In this document: positions 1 to 10,139 of the stretch, one piece after another | Layout: every line of letters starts with the position of its first letter | How positions within the stretch are numbered: position 1 is the first letter of the stretch | Assembly (NCBI GenBank): GCA_965213815.1 | Contig: OZ243917.1 | Location: forward strand, 1,626,832-1,690,831 | Source: Alphaproteobacteria bacterium | GTDB lineage: Bacteria > Pseudomonadota > Alphaproteobacteria > SP197 | Direction: 5' to 3' | DNA: 64,000 nucleotides | Translations under genes and position numbers: made by a program | The notes under the pieces: model-generated | Database searches by the model: none | What the model was told of the DNA's origin: nothing | What the model saw: only the letters and a program-made list of their open reading frames with translations

Positions 1-626
1 GAAAAGCGCTTCCGTCCCTTCGCGTGTGACGAATTCACGAGAATTGCGAGCCCGATGCTGGGGTGGCGCAGGAAGAGGCCTGACATGCTGTCGGGAAGCG
101 TGACGCCGGAAGCCCAGACGCCCTGGGAAGCAATGAGTTCGGAAATGTCGGCGATAGGCGCGTCGGCGATTCCGAGTCTGCGGCGCTCCTGTTCGGCCGC
201 CTCTTCTCCCTGGGCCACGGCCTCTCCGGGTGAGCGAGGAAGCCGCATCTCGTAGCTTGGTGGGCCAGACCGGGGTTCCGCGTCCAGCAGACGTTCAAGG
301 GAAACGCCTTCCCGGCAAAGGTGCACGCACCGGGCGACCTGCTCGCGCGTGACCGGATCCTCCTCCAGGCCTGGGGCTACACGGTGCAGGGCCAGGAGGA
401 CATCCCTGTCCTCATCCCTGGGCCCCTCATGCAGAAGGTCGGCGACAGGGTGCAGATAGAGTTCGGAGAGTCGGGTCAGTTCGAGGGTCGATACCGATCG
501 GCTGCCGGCCTCGAGTTGCGTGACAGCGGTCCGGGGAAGGCTCAAGGCATGGGCTACGGCTTGCTGGCTGAGGCCGCGTGCCTCGCGCGCCGAGCGCAAT
601 CGTCGTCCCAGTTCTTTCGCATTCAT
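1..626 (-). CDS. Partial CDS running off the left edge. N-terminal XRE-family HTH (MNAKELGRRLRSAREARGLSQQAVAHAL...) is followed by the start of an ImmA/IrrE (peptidase M78, DUF955-like) domain (...ILVNSSHAKGRKRF, just before the expected HExxH). Fused HTH-M78 regulator.
   Basis: Hand translation of the minus strand from ATG 626..624 gives a continuous frame to position 1. HTH and M78 motifs recognised by eye. It is absent from the ORF track because there is no stop inside the window. Confidence 0.55.
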   Translation of the reverse strand, partial: MNAKELGRRLRSAREARGLSQQAVAHALSLPRTAVTQLEAGSRSVSTLELTRLSELYLHPVADLLHEGPRDEDRDVLLALHRVAPGLEEDPVTREQVARCVHLCREGVSLERLLDAEPRSGPPSYEMRLPRSPGEAVAQGEEAAEQERRRLGIADAPIADISELIASQGVWASGVTLPDSMSGLFLRHPSIGLAILVNSSHAKGRKRF

Positions 627-696
627 GGTTTCTGCTCCTCCCTCTTGAAATGCCGCTGCTGCAGCATCGGGCGCATATTCCAATATCGAACATAGT

Positions 697-1113
697 ATGT
701 CAAGATGTGCCGTGGACAGTTTGATATTCACACTTGACACTATGCAGCGCTGGTCCAAGTCCATGCTGTGCCGGCTTATCGGTTCGGCGGCTTCTGCGAC
801 CTGGGACGGAAACGGCTGGTGCAAAGACGAGGAGGCGCCATTGGTGGGTGAGGACGAACGGCCGGGGCGAAGGAAGCGCCGCCTCCTGTGTCTTGACGGG
901 GGCGGCATTCTCGGCACGTTTCCGGTAGCCTTCCTGGCGGAACTGGAACAGCATCTCGACCATCCCATCGGATCGTACTTCGACCTGATTGCCGGCACCT
1001 CGACGGGGGGAATAATCGGCATCGCCCTGGCTCTGGGGCATCCCGCCTCGGAGATACTGAGTCTCTGAGAAGACAAGGGGCCGGAAATCTTCGGCCAGGA
1101 CCGGAACGTTCTC
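697..1113 (+). pseudogene. Patatin-like phospholipase, N-terminal fragment. It has the oxyanion motif CLDGGGILG and the GTSTGG (GxSxG) nucleophile elbow, then an in-frame TGA at 1066-1068, 15 more patatin-like codons (EDKGPEIFGQDRNVL) and a second stop. The rest of the domain is absent.
   Basis: ORF 697..1068 from the track, plus hand translation past the stop. No DGA/DGG catalytic Asp region is present downstream. Confidence 0.6.
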
Positions 1114-1739
1114 TGATGCACTACCAGACTTCCCGATCAGATCACGCTCTCGTAGAACAATCCGTCATAGAGAAATGCCAACGCGATGGCCTGGCAGTCG
1201 TGGTCGCTTGCCCCGGCACGCCGCATCACCGCATACCATCCGTCGCGAACAGTGCCCACGATGCGCTCGAACACCGCCTGTGCTTGCTCCTCATTCAGCA
1301 GAACGCGCGCGTGACCGCTCAGCAGGTTGGTGCTGTTCGCGTAGCGTCCGAAGTGGCCGCAGGTCATCGCGAGATCGCGCCGCCCCAGGGCCACTGAGGG
1401 TGATGGTGTGAGGTCGAAGGCCGGCTCAGTCGCCAGCGCCGTCCCTTGGCGAGCATCGCGTGATTGCGCGGGCGATCGTCAAGGTTGGAGACCGCCGCAT
1501 TGAAGCACATCCGGCCTTACAGCTCGCGAAGATCCTCCCCCGGCCTCGCGCTTGACCGACGGACCTCGTCGGCGATCTGCAGACAGGACCAGTCACCGTG
1601 ATCTCCGGCGCCGTCGCCGGCGTGCAGCAGCGTGAGCGCGCTCACCATTCGATGACGGTGATAACCGTCATCTGCTCGATCCCGGTCGAACCGCTGCGTA
1701 ATCTCACGATGGTAGCCACCGATTCTCACGCAAGGTAGC

Positions 1740-3736
1740 GTGCGCCGTGGAAAGGCGCTCTTCCCTAGCGGGTTCGAGTCCCGCCCGGCAAACTTTCGCT
1801 CCAGCCGGTAGCAATCGGAGCGGATTATGGAGGTAACGACATAGTCTGAAGCACTCTGACAGAAGGACCGTGTAAGGCGGTTCAGCGACCATGCGGGCCG
1901 CAACGCGAGTGAACGCTGAGCAGGCCTCGAAACGTGAAGACGCGGAAGCCGACCCGATCGCTACTTCGGGGAAGGCTGCCACCGACCGGGAAGCGAGCGA
2001 AATGGGCACCGGACGGTTCCGCCGGGGTAGTGGCGGCGGCACGCATGGCAGAGGGGAAGGGCAGCAACACGGGAAGCCCTGTCGGTGGCGTGCACGCGTC
2101 AACCGGAACCCCGCGAGGGGCAGGCCGGGCCGGCAGGGTGGCGGACAGGCCCGTACGACTGAAGACGCCGGGTAATGCCGGTCGAGGAAAGGGGCCTGAC
2201 TTTGAGAACAGTGTGGAAAGGAGGCAAGGCGTGACCACTGGCGCGAGCCTAACAGGGTCAGACAAGGTTCGGAAACTTCGGACCATGCTACATGCGAAAG
2301 CGAAGGAAGAACCCGACCGGCGTTTCCACGCGCTGATCGACAAGGTGTGGCGCAAGGACTTTCTTGCCGAAGCCTGGAGGCGTGTCCGCCGCAATGGCGG
2401 CTCTGCCGGGGTGGACGAAGAGACCTTCGCCGACATCGAGTCATCTGGCGTCGGACGCTGGCTTGGGGAACTGTCGCGGGATCTGAGGGACGGGACCTAC
2501 GTGCCGAAACCGGTACGGCAAGTGCTGATCCCGAAGAAACAGCCCGGAAAGTTCCGGCCATTGGGCATTCCCTGCATACGAGACCGGGTGGCGCAGACAT
2601 CGGCCCTGCTTGTGCTAGAGCCGATATTCGAAGCCGACCTGCAACCGGAGCAATACGCCTACCGACCGGGGCGGAGCGCGAACGACGCGGTCAAGCGCGT
2701 CCACAGGCTCCTGAACACGGGGCACAACGAGGTGGTCGACTGCGACCTGTCCAATTACTTCGGCGAGATTCCCCATACCGAGTTGATGAAGAGCATCGCC
2801 CGGCGCGTCAGCGACGGCAGGATGCTCGGGCTCATCAAGGCGTGGCTGGAAATGCCGGTGGAGGAGGACGACGGCAAAGGCGGCAAACGCCGCTCGAACC
2901 GGGCGCGCAGGGAGCGGAAGGGGACCCCACAGGGTTCACCGATCTCGCCACTGGCCAGTAACCTCTATATGCGGCGCTTCGTGCTGGGCTGGAAGGCGCT
3001 GGGCTACGCTCGGCGCTCCTGCTCGGAGATCGTGAACTATGCTGATGACTTCTGTGTGGTCGGCAAGGCCCCGGCAGCAGACATGCTGGTGGCGGTCAAG
3101 CGGCTCATGGACAGGCTGAAGCTGCCGATCAACGAACAGAAGACCCGATGCCTGCGATGCCCGGAGGAACCGATAGACTTCCTCGGACACCGCATAGGAC
3201 GCAACTACGGCCTGCACGGACGATCCTATATCGGGACCCGTCCGAGCAAGACGAGCATCCAAGGCATCTGCCGCCGGATCAGTGAACAGACAGCCGCGCG
3301 GTATGGGACGACGAGGACCGAGGACATGGTGCAGCGCCTGAACTGGATGATATCCGGGTGGGCGAACTACTACCGTCACGGCCAGGTCGGCCCTGCCTAC
3401 GCGGCCATCAACAATCACTCGACGAGACGGCTGCGACATTGGCTCTGCCGGAAGCACAAGGTGAAAAGCGGGAAGTACGTGCGCTTCCCCAACTCCCGGC
3501 TGTGGAAACACTACGGCCTGACCTGCCTTGAGCCAAAGACCCAGGGCCTTCCGTGGGCGAAGGCATGATCCCAAAGGAAAGCCGGATGCTGGAAATCGGC
3601 ACGTCCGGTTTGACGAGCGGGGGCGAGAAAACGTGGCTAAGGCTGAGATTGAGGCACCGGCGACGCGCGAAAGCTGCCGGATAACCGCTACTCCCTCAAC
3701 CTAAGGCCGGGCGCGTCTCCCCCCGACTCTACCACC
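1740..3736 (+). mobile_element. Group II intron, copy 1 of a perfect tandem pair. The 5' end is GTGCG at 1740. Domains I-III occupy about 490 nt, the RT/maturase ORF sits in domain IV, and the 3' end is near ...GACTCTACCACC (about 3736).
   Basis: GUGYG-type 5' end. Intron-encoded RT ORF. The unit repeats exactly 2015 bp downstream. Confidence 0.75.
2231..3568 (+). CDS. Group II intron reverse transcriptase/maturase. It has RT domains 0-7 including YADD and the GSPISP-like motif, plus a maturase X domain. There is no obvious En domain. The likely start is GTG 2231, 7 nt after AGGAGG; the track ORF 1934..3568 is the maximal frame.
   Basis: Protein motifs: RRNGGSAGVDEETF, FRPLGIPCIRDRVAQ, NYADDFCVVG, SGWANYYRHG. 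Confidence 0.85.
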   Translation: MTTGASLTGSDKVRKLRTMLHAKAKEEPDRRFHALIDKVWRKDFLAEAWRRVRRNGGSAGVDEETFADIESSGVGRWLGELSRDLRDGTYVPKPVRQVLIPKKQPGKFRPLGIPCIRDRVAQTSALLVLEPIFEADLQPEQYAYRPGRSANDAVKRVHRLLNTGHNEVVDCDLSNYFGEIPHTELMKSIARRVSDGRMLGLIKAWLEMPVEEDDGKGGKRRSNRARRERKGTPQGSPISPLASNLYMRRFVLGWKALGYARRSCSEIVNYADDFCVVGKAPAADMLVAVKRLMDRLKLPINEQKTRCLRCPEEPIDFLGHRIGRNYGLHGRSYIGTRPSKTSIQGICRRISEQTAARYGTTRTEDMVQRLNWMISGWANYYRHGQVGPAYAAINNHSTRRLRHWLCRKHKVKSGKYVRFPNSRLWKHYGLTCLEPKTQGLPWAKA

Positions 3737-3754
3737 TGTTCTCACCATGGTAGC

Positions 3755-5751
3755 GTGCGCCGTGGAAAGGCGCTCTTCCCTAGCGGGTTCGAGTCCCGCC
3801 CGGCAAACTTTCGCTCCAGCCGGTAGCAATCGGAGCGGATTATGGAGGTAACGACATAGTCTGAAGCACTCTGACAGAAGGACCGTGTAAGGCGGTTCAG
3901 CGACCATGCGGGCCGCAACGCGAGTGAACGCTGAGCAGGCCTCGAAACGTGAAGACGCGGAAGCCGACCCGATCGCTACTTCGGGGAAGGCTGCCACCGA
4001 CCGGGAAGCGAGCGAAATGGGCACCGGACGGTTCCGCCGGGGTAGTGGCGGCGGCACGCATGGCAGAGGGGAAGGGCAGCAACACGGGAAGCCCTGTCGG
4101 TGGCGTGCACGCGTCAACCGGAACCCCGCGAGGGGCAGGCCGGGCCGGCAGGGTGGCGGACAGGCCCGTACGACTGAAGACGCCGGGTAATGCCGGTCGA
4201 GGAAAGGGGCCTGACTTTGAGAACAGTGTGGAAAGGAGGCAAGGCGTGACCACTGGCGCGAGCCTAACAGGGTCAGACAAGGTTCGGAAACTTCGGACCA
4301 TGCTACATGCGAAAGCGAAGGAAGAACCCGACCGGCGTTTCCACGCGCTGATCGACAAGGTGTGGCGCAAGGACTTTCTTGCCGAAGCCTGGAGGCGTGT
4401 CCGCCGCAATGGCGGCTCTGCCGGGGTGGACGAAGAGACCTTCGCCGACATCGAGTCATCTGGCGTCGGACGCTGGCTTGGGGAACTGTCGCGGGATCTG
4501 AGGGACGGGACCTACGTGCCGAAACCGGTACGGCAAGTGCTGATCCCGAAGAAACAGCCCGGAAAGTTCCGGCCATTGGGCATTCCCTGCATACGAGACC
4601 GGGTGGCGCAGACATCGGCCCTGCTTGTGCTAGAGCCGATATTCGAAGCCGACCTGCAACCGGAGCAATACGCCTACCGACCGGGGCGGAGCGCGAACGA
4701 CGCGGTCAAGCGCGTCCACAGGCTCCTGAACACGGGGCACAACGAGGTGGTCGACTGCGACCTGTCCAATTACTTCGGCGAGATTCCCCATACCGAGTTG
4801 ATGAAGAGCATCGCCCGGCGCGTCAGCGACGGCAGGATGCTCGGGCTCATCAAGGCGTGGCTGGAAATGCCGGTGGAGGAGGACGACGGCAAAGGCGGCA
4901 AACGCCGCTCGAACCGGGCGCGCAGGGAGCGGAAGGGGACCCCACAGGGTTCACCGATCTCGCCACTGGCCAGTAACCTCTATATGCGGCGCTTCGTGCT
5001 GGGCTGGAAGGCGCTGGGCTACGCTCGGCGCTCCTGCTCGGAGATCGTGAACTATGCTGATGACTTCTGTGTGGTCGGCAAGGCCCCGGCAGCAGACATG
5101 CTGGTGGCGGTCAAGCGGCTCATGGACAGGCTGAAGCTGCCGATCAACGAACAGAAGACCCGATGCCTGCGATGCCCGGAGGAACCGATAGACTTCCTCG
5201 GACACCGCATAGGACGCAACTACGGCCTGCACGGACGATCCTATATCGGGACCCGTCCGAGCAAGACGAGCATCCAAGGCATCTGCCGCCGGATCAGTGA
5301 ACAGACAGCCGCGCGGTATGGGACGACGAGGACCGAGGACATGGTGCAGCGCCTGAACTGGATGATATCCGGGTGGGCGAACTACTACCGTCACGGCCAG
5401 GTCGGCCCTGCCTACGCGGCCATCAACAATCACTCGACGAGACGGCTGCGACATTGGCTCTGCCGGAAGCACAAGGTGAAAAGCGGGAAGTACGTGCGCT
5501 TCCCCAACTCCCGGCTGTGGAAACACTACGGCCTGACCTGCCTTGAGCCAAAGACCCAGGGCCTTCCGTGGGCGAAGGCATGATCCCAAAGGAAAGCCGG
5601 ATGCTGGAAATCGGCACGTCCGGTTTGACGAGCGGGGGCGAGAAAACGTGGCTAAGGCTGAGATTGAGGCACCGGCGACGCGCGAAAGCTGCCGGATAAC
5701 CGCTACTCCCTCAACCTAAGGCCGGGCGCGTCTCCCCCCGACTCTACCACC
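3755..5751 (+). mobile_element. Group II intron, copy 2. It is identical to copy 1 and is separated from it by only 18 bp (TGTTCTCACCATGGTAGC). That spacer resembles the last 19 bp upstream of copy 1 (GATTCTCACGCAAGGTAGC).
   Basis: GTGCG at 3755. The ORF and flanking ORFs are identical to copy 1 in the track. The shared 3' end is ...GACTCTACCACC. Confidence 0.75.
4246..5583 (+). CDS. Group II intron RT/maturase, copy 2 (identical protein).
   Basis: Track ORF 3949..5583 is identical to 1934..3568. Confidence 0.85.
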   Translation: MTTGASLTGSDKVRKLRTMLHAKAKEEPDRRFHALIDKVWRKDFLAEAWRRVRRNGGSAGVDEETFADIESSGVGRWLGELSRDLRDGTYVPKPVRQVLIPKKQPGKFRPLGIPCIRDRVAQTSALLVLEPIFEADLQPEQYAYRPGRSANDAVKRVHRLLNTGHNEVVDCDLSNYFGEIPHTELMKSIARRVSDGRMLGLIKAWLEMPVEEDDGKGGKRRSNRARRERKGTPQGSPISPLASNLYMRRFVLGWKALGYARRSCSEIVNYADDFCVVGKAPAADMLVAVKRLMDRLKLPINEQKTRCLRCPEEPIDFLGHRIGRNYGLHGRSYIGTRPSKTSIQGICRRISEQTAARYGTTRTEDMVQRLNWMISGWANYYRHGQVGPAYAAINNHSTRRLRHWLCRKHKVKSGKYVRFPNSRLWKHYGLTCLEPKTQGLPWAKA

Positions 5752-5790
5752 CCTTGGAGCGAACGTTTTTGTTCGACCCGAGGAGCCGTT

Positions 5791-6472
5791 TTGCCGTCTG
5801 GATTGTCGCGATCGATCCAGGGGTACGGGATGGCACAGGAGAGACTACCGATGAGGAAGGTGAAGCAGGTTCTGTCGTGTCACTTTGAAGAGGAACGCAG
5901 CGGTCGCTTCATTGCGCGGCACTGCGGGATGGCGCGGCGCTCGGTGGCGCAGACGCTGGAACGGTTTGCGGCGTCGGACCTGAGCTGGCCGCAGGCCCGT
6001 GATCTGGACGACGAGGCGTTGGAGGCGGCGCTCTATCCACCGAAGCAGGATGTGTCGGGGAGTGACGTGGACTGGGCGCAGGTCGAGAAGGACCTCGCTG
6101 GTCGCGGCATGACGCTGTTCGTGTTGTGGGAGGAATGGCGGGACACGAACCCCGACGCGATGAGCTATCCGACATGGTGCCGACGGTTCCGGCAAGCGCG
6201 GTCCCGACAGGATGTGACGATGCGCCAGAACCGCTCACCCGGCGAGCGTCTGTTTGTTGACTACGCCGGCATGACCGTGCCGCTGCTCACCGCCGACGGC
6301 AAGAAGCACACCGCACAGGTGTTCGTGGCCGCGATGGGGGTGTCGGGACGGCTCTACATCGAGGCAACACTAACCCAGAGGGTCGAGGACTGGTGTGCCT
6401 CGCACGTGCGTTGCTTCGAAGACATGGGCTGCATTCCGCACATCGTGGTCATCGATGATGTTCCCGGGAACA
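5791..6472 (+). pseudogene. istA: IS21-family transposase IstA, N-terminal 225 aa or so (HTH, ...MRKVKQVLSCHFEE...AAGLSWP-like, ...VIDDVPGNII). It is truncated at the palindromic junction.
   Basis: IstA-like N-terminal motifs. The frame degenerates into low-complexity antisense of the opposing gene after DDVPGNII. Confidence 0.65.
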
Positions 6473-6478
6473 TCATCG
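6453..6478. repeat. 26-bp perfect palindrome CGATGATGTTCCCGGGAACATCATCG. It encodes DDVPGNII on both strands. It is the exact fusion point of two different, oppositely oriented IS21 istA 5' halves.
   Basis: Read directly from the sequence; the reverse complement is identical. Confidence 0.85.
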
Positions 6479-7129
6479 CAAACCATGCGTGTTGCGACAC
6501 CGCCGTAGTACTCCAGCGCGGCGCGGTTCGCCCCGGTCCACGATGCCAGGGCCTGATCGGGCACCGCGACCGCGAAGATCAGGCCGGAACACGGCAGCAG
6601 GGTGACCAGGATCTCGACCATCCGCTCGCCGTCACGGGTCTGCAACGGCAGCGTCTTTCCGGAGAAGTCCGACATCATCCAGCCGCCAGGCTCGTAGTCG
6701 AACCGCATCTCCGGTTCCTGCCCGGGCCCCGCGACATGCTCCTTGAGAAGCTCGAAAAAGCGGCTGCGTGAATACGCCTTCAGACCCTGCGCCGCGGCAT
6801 CATCGCAATAGTCGTCCCACAACACCTCACGCGTCACGCGCGGCGCCCGATAGGCCCGCCTGGTCTTCTGGTTCTCCAGCGCCTGTGCCATGTCCGCCAG
6901 GTCCGGCTCCAGCCAGGCCGTCTTGCCCGTCTGCCTTGGCGGATAGAGAAGACGGCGCAGGTCCAAAGGCAGCGACACCATCGGGCAGCGGCCATGACAA
7001 CCCCGCCGCCACGGCCCGTGCCTGGACGTTCGACACCGTGCCGGTGCTGACCCCGGTGCTGAGCGCAATCTCCTTGCGCGTCAGGGCTCCGTCCTCGCTC
7101 AAGCGCAGAATATCTCCTATCTTCACCAT
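6459..7129 (-). pseudogene. istA: Second, non-identical IS21-family IstA N-terminal fragment on the minus strand (MVKIGDILRLSEDGALTRKEIALSTGVSTGTVSNVQARAVAAGLSWPLP..., then DYEPGGWMMSDFSGK...CDDVPGNII). It has an internal frameshift and is truncated at the same palindrome.
   Basis: Two overlapping minus-strand ORFs (6827..7294 and 6370..7068) together reconstruct an IstA N-terminus. Confidence 0.6.
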
Positions 7130-7392
7130 GTCTGTTCTCTCCATCTGAACGATCCCTCTTGCTGCAGAACAAGAAGGAACAGTGCATGAGCGGGTGGGAA
7201 CCGACACATCCGGCCGCAACCCTGCGAAACCGGACAAACCCTGACAGGAAACGATCCACAGGCCGCTCGGCCAGCACCCATGCGGGTGCTGCAAACCGCC
7301 GCGCTGACACGCGATATCCGCTGCGACTCGGGCCGGCCGAACCAGCCCCGGTCACCGCCACATCACGCGCTACAGTGGTCGGTCAAGTGTGA

Positions 7393-8216
7393 GCGGATTC
7401 ACGGTCAAGTGCGGCCGGATTTTGCATCCTGGACAAGCTCGCCTTCAAGGGCGGAACCTGCCTTCGCAAGATGTTCATCGGCAGTGGGGGCGCTTCTCGA
7501 CCGATCTGGACTTCACGCGGATCGAAGAACACGACCACGAAGACGTGATCCTCGCCATGATGGAGGCATTCGAGCAGCCATTTCACGGGATCCGGTTCGG
7601 CGTACCTGACGGCAGCTACTATGAGACTCAGGACGGTCTCGCCTGGGGCGTCAATCCTGTCTACGCCCATGACTGGAACCCGGACGGGCAAAGCCAGATC
7701 CAGCTCCAGGTCAGCCGCCGCGAGGTCTCTACCCTTCCCCCATCGCCGAACGCTCAACACGTTCAGAGCTACTTCCGGCACCTTCCTTTCGACCCGGCGG
7801 TCATCACGTGCCTCGCCCTGCCCGAGATCATCGCCGAGAAGGTTCGCGCCTGCTATCAGCGCAGCAAGGCACGCGACGTCTATGACCTCAGCGTCTTTGC
7901 GACCCGACCCCTTGATCGACTGCTCGTTCGCCGGCTCGTCGTACTCAAGATCTGGCAGGCCGGCGACGCGTTCGATCCGGAAGCCCTCATGACGAAGTTC
8001 GACGATGCCACCGCATTCGATTGGGACGATCTCCGGCAGTTGGTCCGGCGGACGCAGACGATCGACCCTGCTGAGATTGCCGCAGCCTGCCAGAAGGGGT
8101 TCGCCTTCCTCACGGAGCTGGATCCTCGCGAGGAGGACCTCGCGACCGATCCTCACCGGCACGATCACACCTTGTGGAAAGCCCTTCGTGACGATCTCCC
8201 GCTCAGCCGGCATTGA
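7393..8216 (+). pseudogene. AbiEii/AbiGii-family nucleotidyltransferase toxin homologue. The N-terminal KLAFKGGTCLRKMF motif is out of frame relative to the rest (RFSTDLDF...PEIIAEKVRACYQRSKARDVYDL), with the frame change at a G5 run near 7480. No in-frame start codon is present. The 5' end was probably removed by the adjacent IS21 fragment.
   Basis: Hand translation of two frames across 7424-7500. Track ORF 7389..8216 has a GTG start with an off-frame motif. Confidence 0.5.
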
Positions 8217-8508
8217 ACGAAGGCGCTCTGCGTCGTTGATCTTCGGAAGTTCGTGTTCCTCTTGCCGATGCCTTGCCTTTCCACTCGCGGGTTCAAATGC
8301 GACGTCACACTGATGTGTGTCATGGATTTGAGTGACGCCGGGCCGACAGAATGGCCGGGACCTCATCCGCATCGGCGGCGGCACCGGGGCAGCCAATCCG
8401 TACACTGATCGAGATGCGCCTTGTGCACCGTTGTCGATGCTTGACATGGTTTCGGGGTTCACCGGGTGTCACTCCCCGCCAGGCTTCGCCGGCTTGCCCT
8501 TGCACCGG

Positions 8509-9771
8509 TCATCTGTCGGCCACCGACAGGGCGACCAGCTTGCGCGCTGTCGCGGTCTCCTCATGATCGAATGCCGGTCGCAAGGCCGCAATCTCCCGTG
8601 CGGACATGCCCGCGGCCCGGCAGTGAACGGTCCACTGGCTCTCGATGATCCCGACCATGCGCTTCAGGTTCGCGCGGGCCCGGTCCTCGTCCAGTTCGAA
8701 AAGGGGGGCTGCCTCCATCGCCGCCTCGATTGAGGCGGCCCGGCCATACTCTTCGCTGATGCCCGTCTCGAGAATGCGGTGCCGCTCCGGCTGGGGATTG
8801 ATGTCGAACGCAGGGGCCAGCACCCAGCGGCCGTCACGATCATAGAGGAACCCGTGATTCTTCAGATGATCGTCATTGTTCGAGACGAGAATCGTGAACA
8901 TGAGCCGCTGGTGCAACTCCTCCATCTGGCGTTCCGGGTCCGAGCCATCGGTCGCGATTGCGTCGAGCATGTCGGTGTAGAAGGCACCGCTCCCCTCTTG
9001 GCGCCCCAGAAAGGACTGTGCTGACAGATAGGGAACACGACCCTCTGCCCGTCGATCGAAGCGCCGGATGACGGCTACAGGATGTGCGCTTGCGGAGAGT
9101 TCGAGGCGCGCCTCGGCCGCGTTGATCCCGGCTGCGCGTGCGAGGTGCAGGGTCGCCACCTCGACACGCTCGACCGGTCTGGTGTCGCGTGGTGACGTGA
9201 ACTTGGCGATTGCCAGGACTCCGTCATCGTCGAGGTCCGATTTTGGACGCGCTCCCCCGAGCGAGCCCACGTGGCCGACAAGCTTGCGAAGTTGCAACTC
9301 ACCGATCGCCGGATCGGTCTCGTAGGCCCGGGCCAGCGTTCGCAATCCCTCAAGATCGTTCCGGCGCGGGACGGCAGGCTGGTCCCCGGATTGCAGCCGG
9401 CCGGCCTCGTCGACGAACCGCAGGGCGCCCTGTCGGGTCTCGTCACTGGCAGCGAGCAGGAACTCAAGCTCGTTGGGTCGTCGCGCAAGCGACCTTTCGA
9501 CGATCCCCCGCCCCCAGCTGTCCGGCGCTGCGTCGCCGACAGCGCCCGGCAGCGCCGAGCGTGTCGCGCCGCGGCGGCCCGAACGTACATGCGGAGCCTC
9601 GCCAAGCGGCAGGTCCGGGGCAAGCGCGAAAGCGCCCGGCTGCTCAAGCCAGGACCGGGCATAGCGAAACGCACTGAACTGCCGTTGGCCATCGTCCTCG
9701 AACCGGAGTTCGCCGACGGGATGCATGCGCTCTCCCAGAAAGATGCCGATGCGCCGGCGCATCCGATTCAA
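8509..9771 (-). CDS. hipA: HipA-family serine/threonine kinase toxin. Catalytic motif NDDHLKNHGFLYD. TTG start overlaps the hipB stop by 4 nt.
   Basis: HipA N-terminal and C-terminal motifs in the 420-aa ORF. Operon arrangement with an upstream XRE HTH gene. Confidence 0.8.
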   Translation of the reverse strand: MNRMRRRIGIFLGERMHPVGELRFEDDGQRQFSAFRYARSWLEQPGAFALAPDLPLGEAPHVRSGRRGATRSALPGAVGDAAPDSWGRGIVERSLARRPNELEFLLAASDETRQGALRFVDEAGRLQSGDQPAVPRRNDLEGLRTLARAYETDPAIGELQLRKLVGHVGSLGGARPKSDLDDDGVLAIAKFTSPRDTRPVERVEVATLHLARAAGINAAEARLELSASAHPVAVIRRFDRRAEGRVPYLSAQSFLGRQEGSGAFYTDMLDAIATDGSDPERQMEELHQRLMFTILVSNNDDHLKNHGFLYDRDGRWVLAPAFDINPQPERHRILETGISEEYGRAASIEAAMEAAPLFELDEDRARANLKRMVGIIESQWTVHCRAAGMSAREIAALRPAFDHEETATARKLVALSVADR

Positions 9772-10118
9772 AACGCGGTTCCGGCTGGCCCGTCATCAGC
9801 GTCGCCAACATGAACGCGCCTCTTGCGGATACGCTTCGGCAACTCGGATGCTGCCATCGCCAGACCTGCGTCGTCGCCCGCCATGTCGAGCAGCTCCTCA
9901 AGGCGATGCATCTCGCCCAGGGCCCGAAGGGCCTTTGCCAGACAGCCAGTCGACACGCCCGGATCGCCCCTCTCGAGGCGCACGATGGTGGGAACAGACA
10001 CGCCCGTGCGTGCCGCGAAGTCGGCGACCGGCATGCGGCGCCTCTTGCGGGCGATCTGGATGTTACGACCCAGGCAGCTGAGCGCATGCAGGACTGCAGG
10101 AGTGTGTGTTCTTGTCAT
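9768..10118 (-). CDS. hipB: HipB-like XRE-family HTH antitoxin (116 aa).
   Basis: HTH_XRE signature (ARKRRRMPVADFAARTGVSVPTIVRLERG). Position immediately 5' of hipA. Confidence 0.7.
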   Translation of the reverse strand: MTRTHTPAVLHALSCLGRNIQIARKRRRMPVADFAARTGVSVPTIVRLERGDPGVSTGCLAKALRALGEMHRLEELLDMAGDDAGLAMAASELPKRIRKRRVHVGDADDGPAGTAF

Positions 10119-10119
10119 A

Positions 10120-10139
10120 TGACAAATATAGTTTTGTCA
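10120..10139. promoter_or_regulatory. Palindromic operator candidate TGACAAA-TATAGT-TTTGTCA, abutting the hipB ATG (10116-10118). It lies in a 60-bp AT-rich patch. A TATATT -10-like hexamer sits inside the palindrome, so the hipB mRNA may be leaderless.
   Basis: Read directly from the sequence. HipB proteins are known to bind palindromic operators in their own promoter. Confidence 0.45.

Noticed and set aside
697-1113. Patatin-like fragment considered as a CBASS effector.
   Set aside because: There is no CD-NTase or cyclase or other CBASS component nearby, and the gene is truncated. It is reported only as a decayed phospholipase.
1651-1672. Hairpin GATGACGGT-gataa-ACCGTCATC upstream of intron copy 1, considered as a class-C group II terminator-type target.
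   Set aside because: It lies about 65 bp from the insertion point and is not followed by a T-tract, so it does not fit the IIC target architecture.
7383-8462. 359-aa minus-strand ORF overlapping the AbiEii-like gene.
   Set aside because: No recognisable motifs, and antisense to a gene with clear family signatures.
10120-10139. TTGACA within the hipB palindrome, considered as a -35 box.
   Set aside because: It lies only 21 nt from the ATG with no properly spaced -10. It is more plausibly an operator half-site, and the promoter assignment is left open.
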